A stretch of DNA of 58,028 nt, the filler included, from Circinaria calcarea (lineage: Eukaryota): assembly GCA_051942165.1 (NCBI GenBank). It is 5 parts of 5 records of this genome, joined end to end, with 100 filler letters (N's around TTAATTAATTAA, not from the genome) between each part and the next. Parts side by side here need not be neighbours in the genome. Positions count along the whole stretch, not along the records: positions 34,884 to 46,408 come from JAVECS010000676.1; 4 more parts are not named here. One strand, given 5' to 3'. Positions 34,886 to 46,508 of this stretch are shown in pieces; position 1 is the stretch's first letter, and the number at the start of each line of letters is the position of its first letter. A model generated the notes under the pieces. That model saw only the letters and a list, made by a program, of their open reading frames with translations, did no database searches and was not told where the DNA came from. The translations under genes and the position numbers were made by a program.

Positions 34886-37800
34886 TCCCCTTTTCTTTGC
34901 GGCTTAGGTCTTGCCGGCTCAGGTCCAGATACTTACATTGCTAAAATCTGTATGACATATCTGAATTTCGATGATTTCCAGGAAGGTCCCTGTGGTTCCT
35001 GGCAGGTACTAGCGGAGCGGAAAGACACGTATCCTTTTTACGACTACGCCTCGCGTAATTGGCACACTCACATCAAGGGCCAAGATGATATCAAAAAGGT
35101 TTTCCAGGTGCTTAGACATCTAATAGAGCCTCGATCTCCCAAATTGTTGTCCTGGGGGGAGGCAGCCGGAATTAAAGACATACATGCAGCGAACAACGCC
35201 ATTGACCTCGCAAATAAGGCTAGTATAGTATGGCTTGCTGGAATCGACTTGGGAAATACTCTATTCACGAGAGAGCAAGTGGAGGCGGCCTCTGGAAACC
35301 TAAGAAATGGTTATGAACAAATAGAGACGGTTCTTCAAGCAGGCACCGCAGCTATCACTAACGGGGCTAGAGAAGCAATAGCGAGAATTGGTAGTGAAAA
35401 GCTCGTCAAGCTCTTGCTCGAAAGATATCCCAACACCACGATTACAAAGTCCATGCTTCTTGCAGCCGCAGCGAATCAAAAGAATGGCCGCGATGTATTG
35501 AAATTACTACTTTCCGCATGTGATTACGACTGCAGCGAAGCCATAACAGACCTGGTCACAGAGGCTGTGAAGAATCCTGTAAGCGGCAAGGAGATCCTAG
35601 GACTATTGTTGAACGTGGAGAAGTTTAGTATCACAGAACGTGCGGTTGTCGAAATTGTACGACACTTCAAACGAGACGAGATAGAATCACTGCTGGGTGA
35701 AAGAGATGATGTTCGTATCACAGAAGATGTGTTTAAGGAGATAATACAACGATTTGAGCCCAATGATATAAGAGCACTGCTAAATGATTGGGATAGTATC
35801 AAGATCACGGAAGGCATGATTATAGAAACAATACAGCTCTTTGAGCCCGAGAAAATCGAAGCAGTCCTAGGTGAATGGGATGATTTCAAGATCACAGAGG
35901 CAGTGGTAGCCGCCGCGACGGTTCAGATACCCATCGGCGCGAAGGTTATAAAACAGTTACTGAGCAAAGATCACCTGGAAATTACCCCCATCGCCATGGT
36001 AGCAATTGCTGGTACGTTTGAAGTGGAAATAGTCGAGTTGCTATTAGGCAGACATGATACCCAAATCAGTGATGAGGTGGTAATAAAATGTGCAAGAAGA
36101 TTCGATGCTAAGATTGTAGAGTTATCGATGGAAAGGAGAATGAACATGCGGATTACAGAAGCAATGGTGGAAGCAGCGGTCTGCAACCCGCGATACGCTA
36201 AGGAAGTGCTAGACTTGCTCCTAATTAGAAGCGACATCCAGATCACAGAATCAATGCTAAAGACGGCAGCAGGTCGCCACGAGGAGATAATGGCATGTCT
36301 TTTAAGCAGAGCAGAAGTCAAAATCACTGAGGCAGTGTTGGAAGTAGCAGCGAGAAAGGAAAAAAATGGCGGGGAGATGATGGAGTTGCTGCTAAACAGA
36401 AGCAATGTGCCAATCACAGAATCGATAATAAAGACGGCAGCAGGCAATGAAAGGTCCGGCGGGGAGTTGATGGAGTTGCTGCTAAACAGAAGCAATGTGC
36501 CAATCACAGAATCGACAATAAAGACGGCAGCAGGCAATAAAAGGTCCGGCATGGAGGTTTTATGCACGATCTTAAAAATCCGGGGTGTGATAGACGTTCA
36601 TATCACAAGTACGGTATTGGCAACAGCGGCTGGAAATGAAAATCGAGGTGATGAAATGATCGAGTTATTGCTAGGCAAAGATGATTCTCAAATTACAGAC
36701 ATGGTTTTGGAAGCAGCCTATTCTAACAAGTTAAGGGGGTTGTACGTCATCGAGACGCTGCTAGACAAATGTGGCATCTATCTCCTTGAACGGATAGTGA
36801 AGTGGGTAAACAAGCAGCCCAAGCTGGTGAAAAAAGAGGCAAGCAAGGCGCTCGAGCAGGTAATGATAGCTGCAGCATCCAAAGGGCATGAAGACACCGT
36901 AAAGATGCTGTTAGAGAACGGTGCTGATGTTCAAGCGGAGCTGGCAGGTTCTCATATGACTGCGCTTCACTGTGCCGCAAATGAAGGCCATGAGAGAGTA
37001 GTGAGGCTCCTAATAGAAAGACGTGCTGATGTTCAAGCGAGGGAGTTATCCTCTCGCAAGACTGCGCTGCACTTGGCCGCTGCGAGGGGCCATGGACCAG
37101 TGGTAGACCTGCTACTGTACAGTGGAGCCGGTATCCGAGTGGAGGAGGCAGAGTCTCGCAAGACAGCACTGCACTTTGCCGCAGAAGAGGGCCATAGGGA
37201 CGTGGTGGAGCTGCTGCTGAAAAATGGCGCTGACTTTCGTACAAAGGATAAAGACCAAAAGACGGCGTTAGATTGGGCATTTACAAACTATCAAGTGGTG
37301 GTGATGGAAGTTTTATTGGCGCAAAAAGCAAAGGAATATCTTGGACAACTTACATTGCCCGAAAGACCCACCTCAGACTTAGGGCTAAAGAGCCTAATGC
37401 AGCTCATGGTACATAAGAGACACGCTATTGTGGCAACCAGAAAAGAAGCGCCCATATTACATATGGTAGCTTGCTCCGGTAACGAGGGGATGACGCTTCA
37501 ACTCCTGCACGAAAAGTTTGATCTCAACACAATTGATGACTTCGGGACGCCGCTGCATTGGGCAGCCCGTGCCGGAGCCGAGAGTGTCGTTCGGCTCTTG
37601 CTAGATATGGGTGCTAATATCCACGCAAACGGTAGATTTGGGACGGCCCTACACTGGGCAGCTCAAATGGGTCATCAAGCTGTGGTGCAGCTTTTGCTGA
37701 AGAAAGGGGCCGACATTGCAGCTGTGAATTTCTCGAAAGAGACCGCTCTGCATTTGGCGGCGTGGAACGGGCACGAAGCTGTTGTACGGGTGCTTGCGGA

Positions 37801-37990
37801 GAGTGGTGCTGATATTTTAGCAGCGTCCTCCCACGGAAACACAGCACTGGATCTCGCAAGAAAACGACTACAACGGATCGATATCGATACATCAGCTGTG
37901 GAGCTGATGTTGTACAATATGCTCCCCTCGAAAAACCTTCGCAGAGCCCGCCCAGAGGCTAGAGACTTTCATAAGCTCTCGATTAAGTAG
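34886..37990 (+). CDS. C-terminal part of a NACHT-ankyrin-type fungal NLR: ~30-aa ITE..AAA.N helical repeats, then canonical ankyrin repeats; 5' end cut off
   Basis: The frame is open from the contig edge. Post-NACHT signature IAKICMTYLNF..YPFYDYASRNWHTH, many ITE(A/S)..(K/E)AAAGN..ELLL units, and ankyrin consensus TALH.AA..GH..VV.LLL..GAD. Confidence 0.88.
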   Translation, partial: SPFLCGLGLAGSGPDTYIAKICMTYLNFDDFQEGPCGSWQVLAERKDTYPFYDYASRNWHTHIKGQDDIKKVFQVLRHLIEPRSPKLLSWGEAAGIKDIHAANNAIDLANKASIVWLAGIDLGNTLFTREQVEAASGNLRNGYEQIETVLQAGTAAITNGAREAIARIGSEKLVKLLLERYPNTTITKSMLLAAAANQKNGRDVLKLLLSACDYDCSEAITDLVTEAVKNPVSGKEILGLLLNVEKFSITERAVVEIVRHFKRDEIESLLGERDDVRITEDVFKEIIQRFEPNDIRALLNDWDSIKITEGMIIETIQLFEPEKIEAVLGEWDDFKITEAVVAAATVQIPIGAKVIKQLLSKDHLEITPIAMVAIAGTFEVEIVELLLGRHDTQISDEVVIKCARRFDAKIVELSMERRMNMRITEAMVEAAVCNPRYAKEVLDLLLIRSDIQITESMLKTAAGRHEEIMACLLSRAEVKITEAVLEVAARKEKNGGEMMELLLNRSNVPITESIIKTAAGNERSGGELMELLLNRSNVPITESTIKTAAGNKRSGMEVLCTILKIRGVIDVHITSTVLATAAGNENRGDEMIELLLGKDDSQITDMVLEAAYSNKLRGLYVIETLLDKCGIYLLERIVKWVNKQPKLVKKEASKALEQVMIAAASKGHEDTVKMLLENGADVQAELAGSHMTALHCAANEGHERVVRLLIERRADVQARELSSRKTALHLAAARGHGPVVDLLLYSGAGIRVEEAESRKTALHFAAEEGHRDVVELLLKNGADFRTKDKDQKTALDWAFTNYQVVVMEVLLAQKAKEYLGQLTLPERPTSDLGLKSLMQLMVHKRHAIVATRKEAPILHMVACSGNEGMTLQLLHEKFDLNTIDDFGTPLHWAARAGAESVVRLLLDMGANIHANGRFGTALHWAAQMGHQAVVQLLLKKGADIAAVNFSKETALHLAAWNGHEAVVRVLAESGADILAASSHGNTALDLARKRLQRIDIDTSAVELMLYNMLPSKNLRRARPEARDFHKLSIK
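36368..36550 (+). repeat. Two near-identical 90-nt coding repeats (GGE.MELLLNRSNVPITES.IKTAAGN.RS)
   Basis: Units start at 36368 and 36458 and differ at about 3 positions. Confidence 0.9.
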
Positions 37991-38246
37991 ACGAAGCCTC
38001 CGGATAGTGCATGATTTTTAGTGTAACTACCCGTTAGAAAGTGCAATGATGGCACACTGGAATTGCATTAACTTCAATACGAATCCGTATATTTGCTGAA
38101 TAGGAAGAACAATATGGGCGTGGCACTACGCGTTATAATCGTAGTGATCGTAGTACTGGTGCATACAACATGGGGAATGGACCCTATAAGGCCTTATTGT
38201 TGAGCATGCAGTAATGTGTGGTGGCATTCATCTATCTAAGTATGTA

Positions 38247-38358
38247 ACTATCTAAGCTATCTACGCAGAGAAAAGTGCTTTTATGGTGTGTAGGAAGTGT
38301 TGAGCATGGACCTCCTATGCAACACATGCTTCGGTAAGTTCTATGGCTTCCAACACTT
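38247..38358. repeat. Conserved non-coding element with a foldback hairpin (copy 2; copy 1 at 3322-3439)
   Basis: AAGTGTTG...CAACACTT closing stem at 38295-38358; colinear with copy 1. Confidence 0.6.
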
Positions 38359-38900
38359 ATGAATCCTGTATGCTCTATGCGAGCCGTGTATGCACTAAAT
38401 CATAATAGCTTTGGTTGAATAGCACAGAGCTGAATCGTGAAGCCTGGCCCAGAGGACAGAGGAAGGGGAGACTGGACTGGTGCTGTTTAGAGGCGAGAGT
38501 TCTCGCATCCGTCAGATGTAAAGATCGGTGAGCGATTTTCTCTGTCGCTGAAAAGGGAACCTAGGCATGGCTGTTAAGCTCTGTAAGGAGCGTTCGATCG
38601 GGTATTTGAGAAGGTATGTAAAAAAATAGAAGGCATGAAGTGAAATATGTGTAGTAAGCTCTACATACGGCGGGCTTTAGACCCGATAACTTTGTATACA
38701 GAGAGTAGATTTGAGCACGAAAGGTTCTTTGAAAAAGGACAACTGCTAAGCTGAATACAGTCTTGGAGAAAGTTTATCTTCTTTTCGGCCTTCAAACCTG
38801 TTAGTTGGAGCTCCGTAAGATTTTGACTGGGGTGCGGAACGCCATTTGCTGACCGGTTTATAGAGTTGCTCACCCTCTAATTCAGGCTACCTGAACCAAG

Positions 38901-40578
38901 CTATAGGTTTATGTCTTGATGTTTCGCAGGTATCAACTTTATCGGCAGTGGCTTTTTCTCCCAGAGCAGATACGTCCGCTGGTCCATCCAGTGACCTTGT
39001 ACCATACAGTGCATATCAAACCGCCATATTACTTTTGCGAAGACAAGTCGGATTTCAGCCATGGCTAGACTGCAGATCACCGTCAGAGGAATTTGTAACG
39101 CGAAGGTAAGCTAATAACATCCTTACTTTCGGCCAATGCAGCTCATTAGGTCAATGGAGAAGGGCTGAGAGGCGTCATGCTTGTCTGCAGCAAAGCGTGC
39201 TTCGGTGTGTAGCCAGCGCTCAGGAATAAAGGACTTGGGCTCAGCGAAGTTGACTGCTGCGAGATTCGCTGCAAGAGTGCTGACTTGCACGAACGTCTAT
39301 ACGATGGTCAGCTATAGTAATGAGAATATGAGAGGATAGAACTTACACCGCCAGGGACCCATCGCCCGCATACTGTTTCCCCTTCAGAAGGGACCACTCG
39401 CGGTAGGCCCTCAGGCACGGGCGGAAACAGCCGCAGCCCTTCTTGAATACATGCCGTCAGATAACTCATCTGGCTTACACTTTGAACGGTAATTAAAGCT
39501 TCGGTTGGGAATGCAAGGCGTAATTCCTTTTTCAGTTTGTTCATCACTCGAGGGGTTTTAACAAATAGATAGGTTACCCCAGGAAGCAGAGTAGCAACTG
39601 TCTCAGTGCCAGCACCAACGAAGAGACTCACGTTAGACTGAATTTCTGCGTCAGTCATAAGCTTCTTTTCATTATTGTGATTAGTGATAAACCAGACCAG
39701 GTCGGCGCGGCTCGGCCCCTGAGCCTGCCGACTCCTGACTCTGTTCAAGAGAATATGGAACTTGTCTAATTGCTTTCGGACAATTGACTTAGGTAGTAGG
39801 AAATAGAGAACTTTGAGCGACGGCGTGATACTCTTGAACGCGCTGAGGAAGGTGATGACCTTCCAAGTCCTAGAAAGTAAAATCACCCATTGGCGATATA
39901 TTGGCTCCTCAAGGCAGTTGAAAGGTTTCCCGAAAGAAACGTCCGCAATAATATCGAATGCAGCCCAATTATACCATTTGACAAAATCAACTACACCGTC
40001 CTTATCCAGCCGCTCACGCTCCAGTCCTTCCAAGAGAGATTTAACATGATTCTGGATTGGGAGCTCTTGTTCCCGAAGTGCTCGCTCAGAGAAAGCGTGG
40101 CCGAGGACCTTTCTCATTCGCGAATGATCCGCATCCCCGGCCACGGAAACCGAATGCATGAAAACAGACTCGGTTTCATTAAAGGTGTCGTAATTTTTCC
40201 GAAATACTCCACGACCGATCTGTTTCGGAGTGTAGATGACCTTCCAAGCCGACGGTTCAATAAATGATAGCTCATTCGGAGCAGTCCTTACGATGGTACC
40301 ATACCGTTCGTGGAGTCTCTGGAACGTAGTCGCCAGGCGCCCGGTAAGAGCAGAGTATGTATATGGTAATCTGCAAGTTGCGAAAATCCAAGGGCCGGGA
40401 AACTGAGATAGTGGGTGCCAGAATAAGTTATATAACACGTGAATCAAACATCGGATGATCTTAGAACGTCAGTAACTGGGATACGGGGTACTAAATCATA
40501 TGGTGAGATACTAACTAGCAGGAATAAAAGGGAAAGAATAACCTGTAGTATTGATTGCTAGATGATATGGACAGACAT
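38901..40578 (-). pseudogene. Cytochrome P450 (CYP65/Tri11-like), probably pseudogenised
   Basis: Motifs HPLSQFPGP, VRTAPNELSF, FDIIADVSFG, AGTET, QEGLR and PERW are present, and four exons splice canonically. However, exon 1 has TAG at codon 7 (40560-40558) and the heme motif reads FSIDLMSCIG instead of FxxGxRxCxG. Confidence 0.75.
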
Positions 40579-41274
40579 AATTGCATATAGCTTTCATTTA
40601 ATGGCAGAAGATACAAAAAGCTACTTTTTTGTATAACGAGAAGGTTTTGAAAAATGAATGGAAGGATGGCTTGTGAAGACTGCAAAAGGCTCGTGCAAGT
40701 GAGTGCATTACATTCGTAATGATCGCTCCCTGGCCGCTGTCTTTTCCCTTGCAGGCTAATCAGTGTTACATGGTTTCGGAGGGTTCAGAACCTATCCTGC
40801 ATGTCCAGGCATATCTTCCCGCCTCCAACATGTGTCCTATAGTAGGTGCCGCGACAACAGCCTCAGATGCGCCTACAAATGAGGTTCTGGGCTCTACCGC
40901 GGACAATTGCTTCGGCATTCAGTAATAAGATCTATGCAAGTTTGGCACGTTAGGGAACCATCGGAGGCATGTACCAGCATCGATCGCTCTTGCTATGCAG
41001 CGATCTCAGCCGTCTACAAAGGGTCCGCACAGATGATTTCGACTGGCATTTACTTGCCTATGCGTAGCCTCCCTCGTCGATCAATTAGGTGTTGCTGCCG
41101 AATGAAGTCAATTTGGGTTTTCTAAGAGCGGCACCCACAGATATGGAGATTATGCGAATGAGGTTGGTAGCGCCAAGTTATCAGCTTGCTATTGGTTTTG
41201 GCTCGGGTAGCGGGCAAACGAGCGCAGCGAAGCAAAGGCATGCTCCATCTTGACCCTAATACGGAGTACAAAGT

Positions 41275-42424
41275 TTAGGAAATCGAGTGTCTGGCGGCCA
41301 TCCAGGCCTCGCCTTGACCAACGAAAACTGCTTTCCGTGCCACAATCCACGTCATCTCCGTGTTCCAGCTACTGGATGCGGGACCTTTGCCTCGCTGGAT
41401 GATGTCAGCCAGCTGTTCCATGCCTGCTGCATCCTCGATCAGCTGTTCGGCTTCCGGGCCCGACATGTCGGGGTGCACTGAAAGGGCTCTCCGGCGAGAT
41501 GCACCTAAGCGCAGGAAACTGGACGGCGGCAGGGAGGATGAAGGCATTTCGTCCCTCTTCAACCACCGGCGAAGGATGCTTATCTGTCGAGACTGTTTCG
41601 AGGTGCATGATGCGCATGACGTCATTGGTCCAGCTCATCGGGTTTATTGTTTCGTTTGCGATTCCGCCGCTGCTGCTACTGCCATGATCGGGAATGGGTG
41701 TTGTCGACAGAGATTGTATCGTCTTGATCAGCGGCGTGACAATCCTGGATGCAATGGTGAGTCAAGATTCAGAGTAGCTGTAATGCTCGAGGGCCTTCAT
41801 ACGCTGGTGGGATTCCGCGCCCGATTCTCTCGGACACGACATAGGATATTTGAGCTCTTGTTTAAGGTGTCTCGGGAGTAGCCCAGGTATCTATTGCATC
41901 GAACTCCTACCAATAGAGAAAACCGCCGGGTCTTGGGTATTAACAGATTCAACCGGTTAGCTTGCAGAATAAGTACGTCAGCCTTCCCGAGCTTACGTAG
42001 AATTTGCACCACGCACTCAACCGCCTTCTTTAGATCAACGGCCTTCAACGCGTAGCTAAGAAGGCGAAAATGGACCAAGTCGAAACTTCCATGATATCTC
42101 GGGGGGGAGGGCTTGGTCACGTCGTGAACAACGAAGTCGATGCCCGGCACATGGTCCGGAGGAAATTGCTGCGCCGAGATATCAAATCCCACCAACTGAA
42201 CGTCCGCTCGACTTTGCTTCGAGCTTCCGAGACTTGCGGCGAAATCGCGCCGCCATACTCCAGTGCCTCTTTCAACGTCCGCGATTGCATTGCAAACCTT
42301 AGTGCGGGATCGAAGGATGAAGCAAATACCCTGATGTTAGAGCGCAGATGAATTTATGCTGGACATCAAGCCGTTTCGACTCGTCACGGTCTCTACTTAG
42401 CATGTACGCTTCCTCTTCGGCCAT
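41275..42424 (-). pseudogene. SAM-dependent methyltransferase (LaeA-like fungal family), pseudogene
   Basis: MAEEEAYMLSRDRDESKRLDVQH..LLHPSIP ends in TAA. A frameshift leads to AIADVERGTGVW..LVGFDIS..FDLVHFRLL, and after an intron the frame reads RPGGFLYW*EFD with an in-frame TAG. Confidence 0.8.
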
Positions 42425-42937
42425 GACGGATGAGCAAGCTTTGGTCCGATGGAAACCTTTTGCGGTTATATAAACACTGACAATTCCAGCAAGAGCGCCG
42501 CACAAGCCCCTCGCCCTGAGACCGAGCAGTTATCTATTGAACCCACGAGGGATAAACATGCATGATCTACAGGGCAGCCGACAGTTGGCTCGGCAGCTCC
42601 GGTAACTTCAGATGCTACCGAATATCCTCTTGTTATCTTGTGCGTAACCATACCATCAGCCTATCGGTCTTTGAGTACGAATATGATGTTCGCCCATCGG
42701 GTAGGAGGTCGGGGAATTTATAATTGCTAAAATGCGTGCCTCAGCGGTGACGCCGCCACTTGAACCTGGTGCCGTATGCAAACATCCTCTGGAGGGGCAC
42801 ATTTGATGATATGCAAAGTGTTTGGTTCATTCTCGGCCGCGCTATATGTCCCTGAATTTCTCGACCTTTTAAGTTATACTTCTCTTTACCCACGACACGT
42901 TATAGCTGTCTTGACTACCCGCACATAAACCTCTACT

Positions 42938-44315
42938 ATGAACCGACAGGATGAACAAGATGATAGGTCGTACCTTACAGTGATAGCATTCGCCTTCTGC
43001 ATCGCAATAACCGTTATCGCGGTTAGTCTACGGCTACTGGCCAGGAAACTTCATAAAATCCCGCTTGGTCCAGACGACTACTTTGTAGCTTTGGGAGCTG
43101 TAAGTCATTCGGCTCCCTATCAATCCGGGACATATCAATTTTTTACTGATAACCAATAGCTCTTTACTATAGGCCACGGGATCGTTTATCTATTCAGTGA
43201 GTTCCCATGATGCCTTCCTATTGGCCATGACTATCAATGCTGAGAATGTCCTTTCAGTAAATAGGTTTGGCAATGGAAGGCACATTTCTGTCCTCCAGCC
43301 TAACGATATTGTGAGTTATTTAAGGGTCTGTGGCTTTACCTTAGTGCCTTTCTCTTCTCTATATTTTCTTACACATTCAGACTTTTTACGTTGCTAAGCA
43401 GCTGTACGGATTGGCGGTAACCACAATCAAAATCTCTGTCCTCCTATTTTATCGGAGGTTGTTCACTACGCCTCAGTTCCGGAAACAGACCAATGTTGTT
43501 GGAGCCTTGGTGGTCGCATGGTTACTCACCAACAACCTGCTTGCAGCTTTCCAATGTACGCCGGTGCGGAAAGCCTGGCAGATCAATCTACTAGGTCAAT
43601 GTGTGAACCCTCTTACCTCCTTGATTGCAATCCAAGTTCCCAATGTTGTTTTGAACATGGTGATCCTGGCATTGCCGATATCAATGGTATACCGGCTTCA
43701 GATGTCGAAAGTCCATAAGCTCAGTGTCGTAGCAGTTTTTCTACTAGGCGGACTGTAAATACTCCTGAGCCCCTGCGTTTCCAGCTAGGCGGCCGGTTAC
43801 CCCAGACGCTAATTAAATGCTAGGTCTATAGTCATCTCGATTATACGTTTAGCAGTCTTAGCGAGCGAGCACTTAACGGACTTCACCCGTGAGTCTTGCG
43901 AATCCCCGGTGCTAACATCCTCTGGCAAGGCGAACTGACCAATGAGCTCTTAGATGCAACCGGGAAGTGCAGCTGGACGGTTATTGAGCCGGCTATCGAA
44001 GTGCTCTCGGCCTGCCTCCCTACGATGGCCCCTTTCCTTAATCGACCAACGCATCTGGCCAACTTCCGCTCCACGCTTCGCTCAATGATTTCCCCAAACA
44101 AAAGTTCCCGATCGGAGCAACTACGGACCAGTGCTAGCAAGCATCAGTTTCGAGATGTCGACAACTTCAACAAGACATGTACACACGATTCCCTCAGCGA
44201 TCACACCGGGAAAGTGGCGGCGATTCCTCCCAGTCAACCTGTCGCGTCGGATCAGATTCCGCTGAACTCGATTGTGGTCACGCAGGATTTCGCTTGGAGT
44301 GAGGAAAGCCGGTGA
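42938..44315 (+). CDS. PTH11-like (CFEM-less) fungal rhodopsin-domain integral membrane protein, ~6 exons
   Basis: LRLLAR..LGPDDY, FGNGRH, IKISVLLFYRRLF, FQCTPVRKAW, ILALPI..VYRLQM, FLLG, ISIIRL and WTVIEPAIEVLSACLP; the exons splice in frame. Confidence 0.88.
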
Positions 44316-44893
44316 AAAGAAACGGGAGGGGGAGGTCGGGGTACTCCATTAGGATCGTAAACTCCGTACTAACCCTAACCGTTCGATACTATCACCTCGC
44401 GGCTAAGCCCCCAATGATTCGTGAGTCGAAGGATAGCTAGGCTAGAGAGGGAGGAGGAATCTCTTATTATCGGGGGGGGGAGGGTAAAAACTAGCTATTT
44501 ACTCCGCGTAGTCTACAGCCATGTGATCGCGCTTAGGATCCCAGGTTTTTCCGTATTCCCCACTCCGACTATATCATCGGTGAGTTATCTTCGATTCTGG
44601 GAAATGAATGTGAGGGGTTTATTCTCATTCATGAACGGTGACCACCTGGATTGGCGACTTGACTAGAGCCGGTTTCAGGGCGGATGAGAGACGAAGTTAG
44701 TGGGGAAGCATGGAGTTTATTTTGGATACAAATAGTTAGTAAGTACATCTGGCCTAGCGTTACGTAACATAGATATCGAAACACGCTACATACATTGCAA
44801 GAGATATCTGCTTGTATCTTTCAGAGAGACTTTGCTCGGCAAATCCCAACATTCCTCATCTGCCATAAGCTTTGTGGGAATTCACCCACACAT

Positions 44894-46408
44894 TCAATCT
44901 GCCTCATCCCCACTATCCCCTCTTTCTAAAACCTCGTCCTCCTCTTCATTCACCAATTCCCCTAAATCTGCACTCTCCTTCAAGATCGCTCGTGCCCTTT
45001 CTGCGTCGACATCCATGTCTTCTTGCACGAGAACGACCGTCAACTCTGGGACCAGCACCGCTTGCATGTAGCCGGAGACTCCGCCACTAGAAACGACTAG
45101 TTTGTCTGTACTGCCGAGGCGGCGGAGATGACTCGAGAAGGAAGAGACAAGGTGTTCCATCCTACATTTGTTAGTCAATACATCAGATAGATCTAAGAAA
45201 TAAAATAGAGTGAAGGTTATCATATTTGCAACGTACATGACTCTCGCGCCTCTACTGCCATAGTAGCCGGTCTCGGAGCCAGCTTTCTCGGAGAGGTTCA
45301 TCAAATCCTGTACGATGGTTCTAGTCTTCCCGTCCTTGACTTTCTCCTCCAGTACATTACGATAGTAACTCTCCTGGCGACCTCTTAAAATATCTTCCAT
45401 GACCGTGTGGTGTCTTTGTAACCTTTTAGGAAGGTTAGGCCAATCTATGATTGGGTAACCTCGAGCTTTCCAGTCCGAGTGCGCCTTTTGAGTCCTGTGC
45501 ATCCGACAGAAGAGAGCTTGTCGCCTCATGGTCATACGGTTGTTTTGCTTTGCAGTAGTATCGTCAAAGATAAAAGACTCCAACAGAGCATAGGGGACAG
45601 ATTCCTTGCAGACAGGACAGTGAGCGTCAGGTATAGGAGGCTGGTATTCTGGAATGGAGGAATCAATGAGTATTAGATCCTCGAGGTATGGAGACGATGG
45701 AGGGGAGCTTAATGATGAAGTTAAGCTGGCAGCATCATTGCTCAGGGATGTAAGAGACGAGCTCGTGGCCGAAGAAGTTGGTACGCCGCTCTCGCCTAGA
45801 CAATTGATAACCTTTTGTGTGGATTCGGAGAATTCCAAGTTGCCAAGCACTGACGGAATGTTTTCCAGGGGACTCTTGAAAACAGCGGCGGACTTTGGAA
45901 TCGTAGCCCCATTCGATAGTTTCAAGGGCATAATAAACCCGGGAGCGTCATCACTGAGTCGAGAGGGGAAGGCTGGCGGAGGTTGAAAAGAGTTTGTAGA
46001 GTCATCTTGTACCTGCAGATTTCTTGACGAACGGCGAGTGCCTTTCCGTGGGTAGCTCTTCATATCGCAGAACTTAGTTGGGTCCTTGAATCTACTGCTT
46101 GTTTTCTTTGCAGCTTGTTTGCCAACTATTGCGACATCAGTATAGTGCTATCTGTTCGGAATTCGGAAATACTTACGCTTTGCCATAGCCGCCGTTGTAT
46201 CCGGCATCATGAAGCCATCCTCACCTTGCCGCTTGATAGCTGGCGGGGGTTTCTTCACAGGTTTTGTCCGCTTTGGCGATGGAGCAGAAGCATGTATATT
46301 GCTATAGCCCCCGTAGGTCTTCTTTGTCTTATGCTTGGAAAGCTGCGAAGAGTTGAATGCGCTAAAGGGATCTTGCTCTTCCGTCTCGTCGGCTTTCCGC
46401 ATTGGAAC
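44894..46408 (-). CDS. RTC4: RTC4-like domain protein (restriction of telomere capping 4); 5' end cut off
   Basis: CPVC..FCRMH..W..RGYP.IDW, GYYGSRG, GGVSGYMQAVLVPEL..LVQEDM..ARAILKES..GELVN; introns at 46176-46126 and 45236-45162. Confidence 0.8.
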
Positions 46409-46508
46409 NNNNNNNNNNNNNNNNNNNNNNNNNNNNNNNNNNNNNNNNNNNNTTAATTAATTAANNNNNNNNNNNNNNNNNNNNNNNNNNNNNNNNNNNN
46501 NNNNNNNN
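46409..46508. other. Artificial contig linker
   Basis: N44-TTAATTAATTAA-N44. Confidence 0.97.

Noticed and set aside
13949..37990. Two NLRs as an immune gene cluster
   Set aside because: They lie on different contigs separated by artificial linkers.
38114..38203. 29-codon ORF with a signal-peptide look (MGVALRVIIVVIVVLVHTTWG..)
   Set aside because: It is too short, arises from GTAGTGATC-like low-complexity sequence, and has no supporting exon or homolog.
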